64,000 nt of DNA, from assembly GCF_006345805.1 (NCBI RefSeq), contig NC_043003.1, forward strand, positions 42,718,001 to 42,782,000, given 5' to 3'. A program made the position numbers and the translations under genes. Numbering within the stretch: the stretch's first letter is position 1; each line of letters starts with the position of its first letter. The stretch comes from Octopus sinensis. Its lineage: Eukaryota. This document shows, one piece after another, positions 38,520-52,610 of this stretch. The notes beneath the pieces were generated by a model. It was not told the origin of the DNA. It was given only the letters and a program-made list of their open reading frames with translations, and ran no database searches.

Positions 38520-38919
38520 AATAATAATAAAGGGCAAAATTAATTAATTAATTAGTAATTAATAATTTTACCAAGCAGTTTTCAGTATGTAAAAGGACCA
38601 TTTACGGTAAATTTAAACATTACTTTATATAATTAGGGTTAAGCAAAAGAATTTGCTTTACCACATACCGAAATTTTAGAAATAGCAGCCAAAAAATTTT
38701 GTTATTTCTTCTACTGTAAGAAGAGTCTCCCAGACAATGTATACTCAAAAACAATTCACGTAGGCATAGGGGGAAAAATAACGAAAGTTCACTCGAAATT
38801 AGATCACTTGTGAGCGCGTTTCTGGGTTAGACAGATATAGAGATGCTAGAAATGCACCCCTATTCTAACATTCCCGTCATCAGCACAGAGATTTCATTAA
38901 ATTTAAATTTTAGAGCACT

Positions 38920-39164
38920 AAAAATCGAACATACCCATCTGATTTGAGTAACCTCAGACAAACCATCTCCGATATCCAGTACTAACGAATTCAAAACATA
39001 GGAATGAGGCTCCATTCATCTGTAGGAATTTGTTGCTCTATAACTCACGTGGGTGCACAGGGGAAGATGCGGAGCCTCATTCCTATGTTTTGAATTCGTT
39101 AGTACTGGATGTCGGAGATGGTTTGTCTGAGGTTACTCAAATGAGATGGGTATGTTCGATTTTT
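38920..39164. repeat. Inverted repeat, 94-bp arms (2 mismatches), 57-bp spacer
   Basis: 38920-39013 versus the reverse complement of 39071-39164. Confidence 0.93.
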
Positions 39165-39599
39165 TCTTACCAATGAGTTTTAATTGGTCCGTTCCACGTT
39201 CTGTGTCCTACAGGTTTAGAACGGTGCGCATATTCCAAAGGACTCTTTTCCTGGTGATAATGTAGCTGTTAAATATGCCTATGTTTAGATATTGGGTGTA
39301 TCCAAGTAACCTTATGAAGAACGGTTTTGCAACCGACGAATTCAAATTCAATGTACAGCTGAAGCAGGGAGAATCTTATCTGCGTTTGTAATCTAAAGTT
39401 ATGAATGACTTAAATATGACAGAGAGGAAATAATATCTGCCAGTTCTTAGTTGCATTTTCCAAGAGCGAAAATTGCGGATATACCTTTTGATTTTACAGA
39501 TTTATCAAAAATCAACAAAAATGCCATCTGCGTTGGTCTTAAACTTCTAACTCAGCAACAAGAAGTCACTACAAATCATGTTACAAAAAACTCGTGAAA

Positions 39600-40390
39600 T
39601 GTCAAAATGGGAAAACGCAGGAAAGCATAATAAAACCCTAGCATATACAATGAATAATTTGTTACACAAAAGCAGCTCTTAATGGAAAAGTTGCGAACAG
39701 CTATTTCAAGACTGGAATAAGAAATAGTATTGAATGACTTTGCAATAGAGATAATTTATTTGAGACCCGATGGAAAATGTGACTTCTACAGCTATATAAT
39801 CATTATCCTGACGAAATATAAGCTACCAAAATTCCAGGAAAAGTTCACGTGATAGCACATCTCAGCCCATTAAACTGATCAAGTTAAAGGCAGATCTCTC
39901 TTCACATCCACGTCTACGGGTTTTTGAGCGCCGAATCCTTGGACAGAACAGTACAAACAATAAACAAACTAGTTAATTCTAAGCAATCGACTTCCGTCCA
40001 GACCACAATCCATGTATGCAACCGTCCAAACGGCAAACCAGGAAGTGATAGCTCTTACAATTTGAGTATGCAGACGGTTTGTATGCTACTGCACAACATA
40101 CACATATCTGAGTATTGGAGGAAACGCTAACAGCATTCTTCGAAGAACTTCAGTCATATTATGAAGAAAACTACCTCATTCTCAATGTAAGACCTAAGTG
40201 CATGTTTTACATAAAAACTGAGAAGCAAAGCGCCAACTCGAAATAATCTGATTTAGAACAGCTCTTCAGTATTGTGAATATTCGGAGTGCTAAGATGTCA
40301 CCATTGATCCTAGTCTCAGTTCCAAGATACTCCATAGACAAAGACAAATTATATGCTCACAACATCACCAAACTCAATATCAGAGTGTGA
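39600..40390 (+). mobile_element. Decayed non-LTR RT fragment
   Basis: Hand translation EYADGLYATAQHTHI*VLEETLTAFFEELQSYYEENYL (YADD-like at 40067-40078), then LQYCEYSEC*DVTIDPSLS (YLGVTLD-like). Confidence 0.6.
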
Positions 40391-40599
40391 AATTATTATA
40401 ACTCACTGCTACTCTAAAATTGATCACATTAGCCTGGTACGGAAAAGATTGGCAATTCTTTTATTCGTTTGTTATTCTAATGATTTCAGTCATGAGACTT
40501 AATTTATTTTCTTTCAGTTTTAATATCGCTTTATAACCGGTAGTTAGTTTGTGATTGAATGTGTAGCAGCTAATCTTCATTGAGGGTATCCTCTAATGG

Positions 40600-40960
40600 T
40601 TGACTGGTTTGGTATCGTTGTTAGGAGTTTATCCAGCGATTTTGAACGTTTTAGTCGAGGTCGCTTTTATATTTCTGATTTCTTTACGATGGCAGTTGAA
40701 CAACTGAGAACTTCTAAATATCAAACTGGTACAATACAGTTTTTTGTGTTCGTGTTTTTTTCGTGATTTCGGGCGTGGTATATTTGGAAGCTGGTTGTAT
40801 CTACCATACGCCATGTCAGTGTGTGGCAATCAAGAAATTAAGGTTCTGCGTTCGTTTTTAACACATCTCTTTCATTCTAAAGTCCTAGCTTCTATTTTCG
40901 GTATTATACCTTGCATCTTAGTAATTCTTCGAACAAATGAAGATTGAATATCTTTCCATT
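40600..40960 (-). mobile_element. Older CR1-type LINE 3' end fragment
   Basis: YCTSLIFRSSQLFNCHRKEIRNI..TFK parallels YCNSIGFKGPQLFNILPKDLKDL..AFK of the 864-1460 ORF. Confidence 0.65.
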
Positions 40961-41243
40961 CACGCAAAAAGAATATGAAGAATGGACAGAAGCATCATTA
41001 AAACATAATATGTGTACAAATATATACTGATATCCGTACATAACTGTAAAAATAAATATTTATATATCATAAACACTAAAGATTTTATGGGAAAAAAAAG
41101 CAAAGGCGCAAAAATACAAATATGCAGACAGCTATTCATCTATCCATATGTATATACATACGTACATATTTTCATATAAACATACTCATATACATATGTG
41201 GATGCAATGCTTGCATACATACACACACACACACACATATATG

Positions 41244-41299
<56 letters not shown>

Positions 41300-41433
41300 A
41301 TATATGCACATATGTAAAGGCATACATTTACACCCAAATATACGTGTGTGAGAGAGAGCATATGTGTGTGTGCATGTGTTTGTGTGTGTATACATATATA
41401 CTTATATGTATACACAGAGAGAAAGAGACACAC

Positions 41434-41571
41434 ACAAACACACATGCACACACGTACGCACGCTCACACATATAGATACAGATAAAAATAGATAAATAAA
41501 TATGCAAATATAGAGTATATAAATATATATATATATATATGTAACCATATATATATATATATATGTTTTGC

Positions 41572-41603
<32 letters not shown>

Positions 41604-42550
41604 CTATATCGATGTATCTATGTATGCATACGGAAGTGTAGAAGATTGTATATCTTTTATGTAGATATTTGTTATGTGTCTATGTATGTGTGAGTGTGTT
41701 TGCGCGTGCGTGTGTGTGTGCGTGTTGAGTATGCGTGCGTGTGTATGCGTGTTTCTGCGTCTATTCTTAGATGCATAAAACAACACAATTAACTGAACGA
41801 AAAACCCAGTGCAAGATTTAGTATCAAGTATTTATTATATGAAAAAGATGACAGCTACTTCGAAGTTTCATGAAAAAATATAAACCTGACGTTCAGTGTA
41901 AAAAGCGGTTTAGATGTCATTTTGATGTTAGTGTCAATAAGGTACACACACACACACACACACACAAAAGCGCGCGCGCACACACACAACACAAACACAC
42001 ATGCACACACGTACGCACGCTCACACATATAGATACAGAGAAAAATAGATAAATAAATATGCAAATATAGAGTATATAAATATATATATATATATGTAAC
42101 CATATATATATATATATATGTTTTGCGTGCGTGTGTGTGTGTGTGTGTGTGTGTCTATATCGATGTATCTATGTATGCATACGGAAGTGTAGAAGATTGT
42201 ATATCTTTTATGTAGATATTTGTTATGTGTCTATGTATGTGTGAGTGTGTTTGCGCGTGCGTGTGTGTGTGCGTGTTGAGTATGCGTGCGTGTGTATGCG
42301 TGTTTCTGCGTCTATTCTTAGATGCATAAAACAACACAAATTAACTGAACGAAAAACCCAGTGCAAGATTTAGTATCAAGTATTTATTATATGAAAAAGA
42401 TGACAGCTACTTCGAAGTTTCATGAAAAAATATAAACCTGACGTTTCAGTGTAAAAAGCGGTTTAGATGTCATTTTGATGTTAGTGTCAATAAGGTACAC
42501 ACACACACACACACACACACAAAAGCGCGCGCGCACACACACAAACACAA
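41434..42550. repeat. Near-identical ~555-bp tandem duplication bounded by (CA)n
   Basis: Identical ORFs at 41604-41786 and 42155-42337; units differ mainly in microsatellite length, two homopolymer indels and one substitution seen. Confidence 0.93.
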
Positions 42551-45500
42551 ACACACGCACACACTCACACACTCACACACTCACACACACACACGCACGC
42601 ATGCACAGTCACACATACTCACACACATACACGCGTGCGTACACAGACTGATCGTGGATCTCTGTCGTTCGACGATGAAGATTCATTTGTTCGATGAACA
42701 AGATTAGCTGCTCCTGAATTAACGCGTGAGAAACTGTTATATCTCAAACAATTGCTCCTAACGCAATTCTCTTGCAGGATCACAAAATGCGTGACTAAGT
42801 TGTACGTATTGAATTACAAGAACAGTCTATTCGCCGAGACATTACACAGTTTCCCTCAACCCAATTTTACTCATAATTTTACTCCCCTGAAGCTAATTGA
42901 AAATTATGTTTGCTGGATATGCCCTACCATTTGGCCAATCTGAACCCCGACATATATACATAAATTCGGGAGGGGGAGAAAAACCGAAGATTTTTTTTTC
43001 ACATGGTTAACGAAACTGGTGAGAGTATCTAAAACACTAAAGACAATTATTCAGAGTCGATAAACCATACAGTCTACATTTACCGAGCAATCCTGTCATT
43101 GCTTTGACTTCGGAGTCAAAGTATGACTGGGTACGTGTATTTCTGTGTGGTAGTACAATCGTTAAAAGTACAGATACTTGCTGTGTGTAGTGGAAAAATC
43201 CAAAGTTTCTTTCTTTGCACCTTAGTAGAAAATCTGAAAGGACATAAATAAATGACAGACAGCAGAGCTTTACATACTTTAAGTTAAGATATACTCTGCT
43301 GTCTCTTATTCATTTCTCTCTTTTTATCTTTTCCTTGAAGAAGAATCAGCCCGAAACGTTGAATTCTCCAATCCTGAAGGTAACATCACTGTACTCTTTT
43401 TATCGATGATACTACATATGTCTTGCTGATGCAGACCAACACCAGCCGCTTTAGAACCTGTGTGTGTGCGTGCGTAAGTGTGTATGCATGTATCTGTATT
43501 TGCGTTTGCAAGTATGCATCTGTCTATGACAGATTCAATACTACGGATAGAGGCATACACTCACACACATATACTTATTTACCAAACCTGGTATAATACG
43601 TATGACACGGACATAAATACGCATTCAGAAATACACATACACATACAACAGCAAACATTTCGATGTTCTCGCAGAAGATGGCATTATCAAATTTACCATA
43701 TATTTATACACAGTCATATGCATGCAGAAATATACACACATTCGCAACAGTCTCACATGGAAATTGAAGCAAGAATATGCAATACACACACGTACACTCA
43801 CACACATTCGCACACACATGCACGCACACATTACATTCATATCCATAAAAATGATACATGCACGCAAGTATAAATACACTTATAGAAACTGTTACACGCA
43901 TATATGTACGATAATTTTCTGCTCTTATGCAAGACGAAACAATTGACCATTGCAAACATAGACAGTCTGATATTGTCTGCAATAATATTAAAAGTAATTC
44001 GATAGCTAAATAGTTCCATTATTAATGTTCCATAGCAGACCTCTATCATAATTATCTTGTCGTTTCCCTGAATTTTAACTATATTGAAATATCAGCAAAG
44101 AGACTGTGAGAGAGAAAGCGATGTAATGGAATAGTGAAATAAAGACTACTGTTATATATCTGAATGTATATATGTGTGTTGTGTGTGTGTGTGTGTGTGT
44201 GTCTGTGTGTGTGCAAATATGTACTTATGTGTGTGTATATATATAGAGAGAAGTAGATAGATACCTCTATGCATAATTATACATATACATATTCATACAT
44301 ACAAACATATATATAGAGAGTGTACTATATGCATATTGTATGCATGTATATGTACATATATATATGAATATATACACAATACTACATCATACATTCGCGC
44401 ACACATACACATTGACACACAGAACTATATATATGCGTGTTCGTATGCATATATATATATATATATATAATATATAATATATATATATATATATATATAC
44501 TTACATTCAATTATCTGAGAGTGTGTGTGTGTGTGTGTGTGTGTGCGTGGCGTGTATGTATTTAAGAGTGTGTGTAAGTCCATCTGTGTCTATATGCGTG
44601 TATGTCCTATTGTATTCTACTTAATGCTTGTGGTGAAGTTGTATTTACGAGTCAGTTATCGCTGCCATTTTAACTGTGAATGATATCGTTGTTAATATTG
44701 CTGGTACTATTGTTCTTCCCATCGTGGTTGTTACCGTTGTCGCGTTTAATTGCAATTATCTCTTGGGGTATTTATTTGCTATTTGCGGGATAGTTAAAAT
44801 TTATTATTATTTCTCTTTTATCAATACCTTTATTGATTCCTCTTCTCTTTCTGTTCTCTCTTTCTCTCTTCATTTCATCACTCCCTGTTTTCTCTCTTTT
44901 TCATCACTCCTTGTTTTTCTCTTTTTCATCTATCTATACATATACATATGTATATATGTAGGTATATGTATATGTAAATGCATAGACGTATGTGTATTTG
45001 TATGCTATGCTGGGTTCTTTATTTTTCGCCTTATTACTTTATTCGTATTGAATTATCTATAATCACAGATGTCAGTTTGAACAACGTGCAGTAACTCTGT
45101 TTCTATGGATAGAAGATCTTTGCTAACAGACCAATGTACAAAACTCGATAAGCTCCACTTTCCCTATAATGTAAATTTGTTTCGATGTGCCTGTGTATGT
45201 ATGTATATATGTATGCATGCTTCTATGTACACATACATATACATACATACATACCTACATACATATTTAGATTCATACATACATATATACCTCATAGATA
45301 CATAGATACATACATACATGTGTATATATATATGTGTATATATATATATGTATATATATATATGTGTGGGTGTGCATGTGTGTGTGTTTGTGTGTATACA
45401 CACTAAATCCCTGCAATACTTAATTAAGTTTGACTTTCCTATTTTAACGCTTTATCCTTGTTAACTATCAATTTTGTTCACTTTACAGAATTACTCACAT

Positions 45501-47261
45501 ATCTGGGAATGTATTGTTGATATTCATTCTGGACGGCATCCAACAATGGCCACCCAACAGCTAGATACACACTCACTTTCCCACACATTGCAGCCACTAA
45601 CACGCATGACCTTTTCATTCCTTTTCGGCTCTCACTATAACTGTTACTTTTCATCCGAAGTAGAAAGGTTTTACAACCTTAACACAAACCTAGCGTATAC
45701 ACCTACCTCATGCTGCACTACTTCGTGTCTCCCTCACAAATCACGCTTTAAACATTCAGTTGAATTCTTTTTCGCTTTCAGAATTTCAATCTTCTGGAGC
45801 TACGTTTTCTGTTCTCTTTAAGCACCAAACTGAAAGCATTTAATCTGGACAGAAAGCACATATATCTCCTTAGATACGTATTTCTTGCATCATTGTTAAC
45901 ATTCTTTTTCTCTTCAAGCAAAGTGGAATCAAAATTACATGATAAAATATCCTGTCCACACTCTGTAGCGATCGATTTTTATTTAGTGTGCTGAGTAATT
46001 ATATAGACATCATATGACGTAAATTGCAGTTGATTAGATTAAAAAATATATGAAACGAATTTTTTTCAACCTCCAGAAAGCAATGTCAACTCAACTAACT
46101 TATACCATTACAGAATCTGAGAAATTTTATGCTGTAAGAAATGTAGTGCGCAATATGTGGAAAATTTTCTAGAAGGTAGCCTGAAAGTGTAGTTCCCCTG
46201 TGATTGGTTGCTATTTTGATATCGTCATTCATAAAATGTGCGTGGATGCCACTCCTGAAAATATTAATAGAAGGAATACATGTAGTATTGCCCTTCCACG
46301 CTTCCCTCTTTCATTTCAACGTGACGTCGGTTACATGAGAATTATGCCGTATATCGAACGATTTGAGAAATTTACCGACCCAGCAAAGTGAATTGCTTTT
46401 ACTCAGAATTTCATCTCCTGAAAGGCGATGATTATACTGTAAAGAATACTTCCATTCAACACACAGATCGCTGGCTCCGCTCCTTCCCAAATTGCTGACA
46501 ATTTTCTCCTGGTATTTGTGGTTCTTCTTACAGTACTCGACAAAGAAAATCGCTACGTTTGCTGCATCTAGCTCAACATTGTAGATGGCACAAACAGCAA
46601 CAATACATGCTCGCACTATGTTAAAATTTCTAACAACTAGTATTAAAATCTACATGACTTTTAGCATATAGTTCAAGACTAGTTAAAGGCAGAGTGGTGG
46701 TGGTGGTGATTTGAGCTTTGGCTGATAATTACCTTTGCGATACAGTGTCGACAGATGCTGGATCCAAGTAGGTACGAAATAGTATGAGGTCAATTGGGGT
46801 GTGCAAGAATATGAAAATTCAGATGATCTCTGATGAGTGTGTAGAAAAAAAAATCTTGGAGCCTTAAATCGATAACTCTGGTAGTTTAGCGCAAATTTAG
46901 TGTTTCTGTATGTAGTGAAGTAAAATCCAGTTTCGTAGGGTTTCTTTTCTGAGGAGCTGGAAAGACAGCCGAAACGAAAAACTGATGACAACAAAGGTGG
47001 GAACATAAATGGCATTTTCTAGAACACTACTTATTTCACCAATTGTGTCGAAGTAAGATTATTATTGTTTGTACTCGCAGAACGCGTGTTGTTACTGCTC
47101 GAAAGTTTAGCTCTTCATTTGTGCCTCCAAAAATAAAGTACTAATTGTTTCGTTTGGTTACAAAAACGTTTGTTGAAACCGCACTTATTGCACAGGTGGT
47201 TTGTTTCTTGGTGCTCTTTTTCAGGCTCAAATTCGAAAAGAAAATTATTATTATTATTATA

Positions 47262-48140
47262 AGTGTCGTCAGGCGCTCACAGCCCTCCACTAGTCGGGCA
47301 ACGGGATCGGTGAATGTTCCGCTTTAGACATTAATAGGGGAAGTGTGATGACATTCTTGTGGAGACTCTGGGCAGTGACATAAACAAACTAGCCAGTCTG
47401 TTCTGGAGGACTTTCTGAACTATCATGGAGAATTTCCAGCTGTCCTTGTCGTGGCAGTGCTTCTGGGGGCCGCTACCGGTTCGAGATAAACTCTACAGGC
47501 ACTCATATGCTGTCAGATGGGCTTGTCCTAGGTGCGCGCAAGGTGACGAAACCGTTCTGCACACCCTCGTTCAGTGTCCGAGCATTGCTGATTTGTGGGG
47601 TTATATCGAACAGCTGCTGTCGCGTGAGGGGCAGATCCGTCTGTCGGTCGATTCAATAGTGATAGTTACCCTGCCACCCTCCTTTAGTCGAACTGGTGAG
47701 ATAGTTTTTCTTTGCCTGATGGCTGTGGCGAAAGAGATTGTGTGGTGGACGAGGCTGAAATGTATGAGGACAGATACTTTCCTCTTTGGTAGAGGTTTCA
47801 CTGATTTCCTCGAGTCTCACTTGAAAAGGAAATTGAGGCTGGAGAGGGAAGTGCTGTCTTCGAGTAAGTTTATTGAAAGTTTCGAAAATGGCAAGAGTGG
47901 ATGGTACCTCTCTAAGTGTGGAGTTGTGAATCGGAGAAAGGCAATTGGAAGGGCTACTTGTTTTTTATATTCAGAAAGATCTCAGACAGCGTAATTCTTC
48001 GATGATCCCTAGAGATCATCCTGTATCAGGAGGGGTATATCTCTATCATTTCCTAGCTTTTTTAATTTTTAACTTTGTATATTATGTATATTTCCCTTCT
48101 TTTTCTTTGTATACCGTGTATGCTTACCATTAAAAACAAT
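47262..48140 (+). mobile_element. L1/Tx1-type LINE 3' fragment (zf-RVT knuckle and 3' UTR)
   Basis: ORF 47425-47994: WQCFWGPLPVRDKL..CPRCAQGDETVLHTLVQCPSIADLW; pyrimidine-rich 3' region follows. Confidence 0.85.
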
Positions 48141-48249
48141 ATTTTATCATTTCATTATATATAAATCCCCACATATATATCTGTCTTTGAATTGTTCCCT
48201 TCATACATCTTGGTGGTAAATAAATGAAATCATCATTATTAATATTATT

Positions 48250-48460
48250 AGGGTAGCGAGCTAGAAGAATTGTTAGGGCACCAGGCAAAATGCTTAGCGG
48301 AAGTTCTTCCGTTTTTTTTAATGTTCCCACTTCAAATTCTAACGAGGTCGACTTCGCCTTTTATCCCTTTATGTGGGTACTTGACAAATACTAGGGTTGA
48401 TGTAATCCACTAGACAACATCCCCTAAAATTACAGGCCTCGTTCCAAGATTTCAAGCAAT
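48250..48460 (+). mobile_element. SINE family A, diverged
   Basis: agggtagcgagctagaagaattgttag...ttcaaattctaacgaggtcgac. Confidence 0.75.
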
Positions 48461-48504
48461 TATAATTATCGGTCGCCTTTACTGATGATGACGAAGTTGG
48501 TTTC

Positions 48505-48506
48505 AT

Positions 48507-48571
<65 letters not shown>

Positions 48572-48610
48572 TCGCCACCACCACCACCACTACTTGTAGT
48601 AGTAGTAGTC

Positions 48611-48641
<31 letters not shown>

Positions 48642-48720
48642 GATGCTGAAAATGATTATGATGATGATGATGATGATGATCATCATCATCATCATCATTA
48701 TTATTATCATTAATAGTATT
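48505..48720. repeat. (ACT)n/(AGT)n/(GAT)n/(ATC)n compound microsatellite
   Basis: Direct reading. Confidence 0.95.
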
Positions 48721-49328
48721 AGTATTATTGATTATACTAGACATAATTATAGCGAGGAATGTCAGAAAATTATTATTATTTCCAGTGAAACAAACCTCAC
48801 CTTCGTTTCCTGTATATCATCCCAATCACATGACAACATCAATCTACAAGTCTGAAGCATAATGCATAATTAATGAAAGGAAGACGTAATATAAATAGAT
48901 AAAAAGAAAGACGGAAATATTAAAGAGTGGGAGTTAGTGTTTAAAGTAGAAGAAGAGGAACTACAGTACAATGGAGGCAGCAAGCAAACAGCCGCAGAGA
49001 TATAAGTTATAGAAATGCACCGAATTACCAGAAGAGTGATACATTTCTTCCGTTTGAACGGAATAGGAAGTAGATGTTATGGTGCATGACGGGAAGTTCC
49101 TGTTTCCTTGTTCTTGACACTAGACGGTTGAATTCTTAGCATTTCTTGCACATAATACTCTCATATAAATATATCTCTTACGCACGCCCGCCTCTCCTCT
49201 TTCTCTTGCTCTGTGCACTCACAATGACTCTGTTCATATAAAGTTTCCGTAGCCCTTTCAGACTCTTGCCCTTTCCCACTCAGTATGTCATCCATTCATT
49301 CCTTCATTCATTCGTTCATTCTTTCATC

Positions 49329-49367
<39 letters not shown>

Positions 49368-49559
49368 TTCATTTTCTTCCATACTCTCATTCTCGTATAA
49401 AATGAGTTTACTAGCTTCTGCTTGAAATTGAACTCTCAACTATTCCTGATAAAGTTCGGGCATTGGTGTCATTGACTTTATAATTTCTTATAAGTAATTT
49501 GCATGGTACGTTCAGTTCCTTCTACTCAACACACACACACACACACACACACACAGATA

Positions 49560-49676
49560 TACGTTTCAGTGGAAGAGCGTAGGCTTGAAACGTTAAAGAC
49601 TTTTTCACTTCCTGAGCGTTAAACTAATACATCTGTTTGTCTACACCACCTGTTTTGGTCTTTTGTTTTCTTTGCT

Positions 49677-49685
<9 letters not shown>
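49560..49685 (+). mobile_element. Short repeat family P2 copy
   Basis: Homologous to 2545-2712. Confidence 0.55.
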
Positions 49686-49729
<44 letters not shown>

Positions 49730-49821
49730 TCTCTATATATATACGATATTTGCCAGAGTAATCACATAAATACGAAACAAGGTGTAAAAAATAGTACTCG
49801 AATATCAGAGGTAGAGTAATA

Positions 49822-49976
49822 TGCAAAAATATCACAAAAACACTTACTCAGAGTTTCACGTTTCACGTTCTCATTCCTCGGACAGTTTTGTTCAGTTTTG
49901 TTTTTGTTTTCTAAACAAAGCTGTCCTACGAACGGGAACGTGAAACTCTGAGAAACTGTTTTTGTGGTATTTTTGC
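49822..49976. mobile_element. Family P3: inverted pair of hammerhead-like units
   Basis: Arms gcaaaaatatcacaaaaa..ctcagagtttcacgtt..ggacagttttgtt and aaacaaagctgtcc..aacgtgaaactctgag..tttttgtggtatttttgc. Confidence 0.6.
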
Positions 49977-49992
49977 TGCTTTACTTAATAAA

Positions 49993-50325
<333 letters not shown>

Positions 50326-50821
50326 TGAAACTTACCTGGAAATGGGTGCGTGGCATTCAATCATATAATAATATAAATATGAAAACATGAAATATGAATT
50401 GTTTTTACGAACAACGAAAGAAACAAATGGAAAACAAGACAAGCAACAAAAAGAACAACTCTTCATGAGTTATCGGCTGTTTTTCTACTCTGTATTTCGA
50501 GCAATTCATGACAAGATACGCTTTCGACAAAACTGTTGCTCCCGCAAAACAAATTAAATAAAATTTGGGATTTTGCGGGTTCGGAAAACAAGTTTGTATT
50601 CAATGTTTTCGTATTTCGTATTTCATGCTGTTTTTGTACTTCATGTTATGTTCTATGACTTCCTGCACCCAAATATGCATATGTATATACATATATACGT
50701 CTATACATATGCATATATGGGTGCAGGACGTCATAGAACATAAACAACATGAAATACATATATATATATGTATATATGTAAGTATATATGCATATATATA
50801 TATTATTTATATTATTATTAT

Positions 50822-50868
<47 letters not shown>

Positions 50869-50945
50869 CATATATACACGTATACATAATTGTATATGTA
50901 TGCATGTGCATCTGTGTATACATTTGTGAGTGAGTGTCTATGTGT

Positions 50946-50983
<38 letters not shown>

Positions 50984-51050
50984 GTATACACACACGCACC
51001 ACACGCACAAACACACACACACGCACGCACCATATGCACACACACATGTA

Positions 51051-52316
51051 TTGGGTCATCCCATTATATAATGCGGTTTTTTTCAATTGCCTGAACTAAA
51101 ATTCGGAGAGGGGGGCGAAATAAACTACCTACATTAACTTGTTATAAATGCAGGTAGTAATTTTAACTTGAACTTATTCTCAGTGCAAGTTTTGAATAAT
51201 GCATTCCAATTTTAATAATTATTATTTCAAAGCTGTAATGGAAGTGAGAAAGGAACATATTCGGTATATTTTAGTTTATGAGTTCAAAGAATGCAACAAC
51301 GCAACGGAAAGTGCGAGGAATATTAATGGGAATCGGACAATAAGTGTAAGCCAGTGCCAACGCTGGTTCTAGAAATTCCGAACCGGAAACAACAGCCTAG
51401 AAGACGAGCCTCATCCTAAAGACCTGTAGAACTCGACAAGGACGTCCTGCAAACCCTGGTGGAACGAAATCCCATCGTAGCTGTTGAGAAAGTAGCAGAG
51501 ATGCTAGGATTTGATCATTCAGTCATTCATCGACATCTGTGTGCCATCGGAAAAATCAGAAAATTGGGTCAATGGTTTCCTCACAAACTTTCCGAGCCTA
51601 ATCGCCCGCAGAGAGTGTATGTGTGCTCTTCTTTGCTGTCACATTTCACGAATGAATCATCTTTGGACTGAATAGTGGCTGGTGACGAGAAATTGGTTCT
51701 CTATAAAAATGTCAAGCGCCGAAGACAGTGGGTAGGAAAGAAGTCCTACCAAAGAAGGTCTTCACCCACGTAAGGAGTTGTTATTGGTTTGTACACGTTT
51801 AGCACACTTTGAACTTTTAAACCCAAGCCAAACGATAAGAAAAGAGATCTGCTGCGAGCACCTTTAGCGGCTTAAGTCAGTTCTTGAATAGAAACGACCA
51901 TATTTGGTTTCAAGATGAAAGGTGTTCTACCAACAGGATAAGGCTCGGCCACATACAGCGAGGATGACATTCTAAAAGCTGAAGCAGTTTCAATGAGAAA
52001 CGATAATCCACGCATTATATTCGCTGGATATTGCTCCATCTGATTACCCTTTATTCCATAGTCTTCAAAATTATTTGGACGGTAAAAATATGAATTCTGT
52101 AGACTTTGTCAATACAGTACTGGAGGTGTACTATTCGTCATGGACAAGTAAACTTTGGAAGAGGGGTTTTGCAAATCTACTAGATAGATGGAAGAGATAT
52201 GTGGAAAATGAAGAAAGGTATATTTTAGATTAAAAAAGAACTTTGTTTATCTTAACTTTCAAACTTTCAAAAATAAAAGAAGTGTAAAAAACCTCATTAT
52301 TTATGGGATAAACCAA
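51051..52316 (+). mobile_element. Full-length defective mariner transposon (~1.27 kb)
   Basis: TA-ttgggtcatcccca..ataatg / cattatttatgggataaaccaa-TA; ATG at 51238 (MEVRKEHIRYIL..SVSQCQRWF); later gctggtgacgagaaattgg (AGDEK), caggataaggctcggccacat (QDKARPH), gatattgctccatctgat (DIAPSD); multiple stops. Confidence 0.93.
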
Positions 52317-52610
52317 TATATATATATAATTTAAAATTAGTAAAATTAATAGAAATTATCAAGTAGTTTGTGTGAAAAACCTCATAAGGGAAAAATTATT
52401 AATTATTCCCTTTAAATATATTTATTTATATTAAGGGCATTGCTATACATGTGTTTATTATGGTAGTTTTAATTTTAAGAGTCCCTCCTAGCGTGAAGCA
52501 TTTATGTATAGTAATGCCCCTAATATATATATATATATATATTGATAAAACGGTAAGATAACAAAAGAAAGAAAGAGACCTCAATATTATGTAAATAGAG
52601 GAAATTTATC

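Noticed and set aside
46311-46616. 101-aa non-repetitive minus-strand ORF
   Set aside because: No recognisable motif or convincing splice sites; ORFs this long occur by chance in 64 kb
46830-46850. CTGATGAG...GAAA string
   Set aside because: No stem II pairing and no UH/stem III partner
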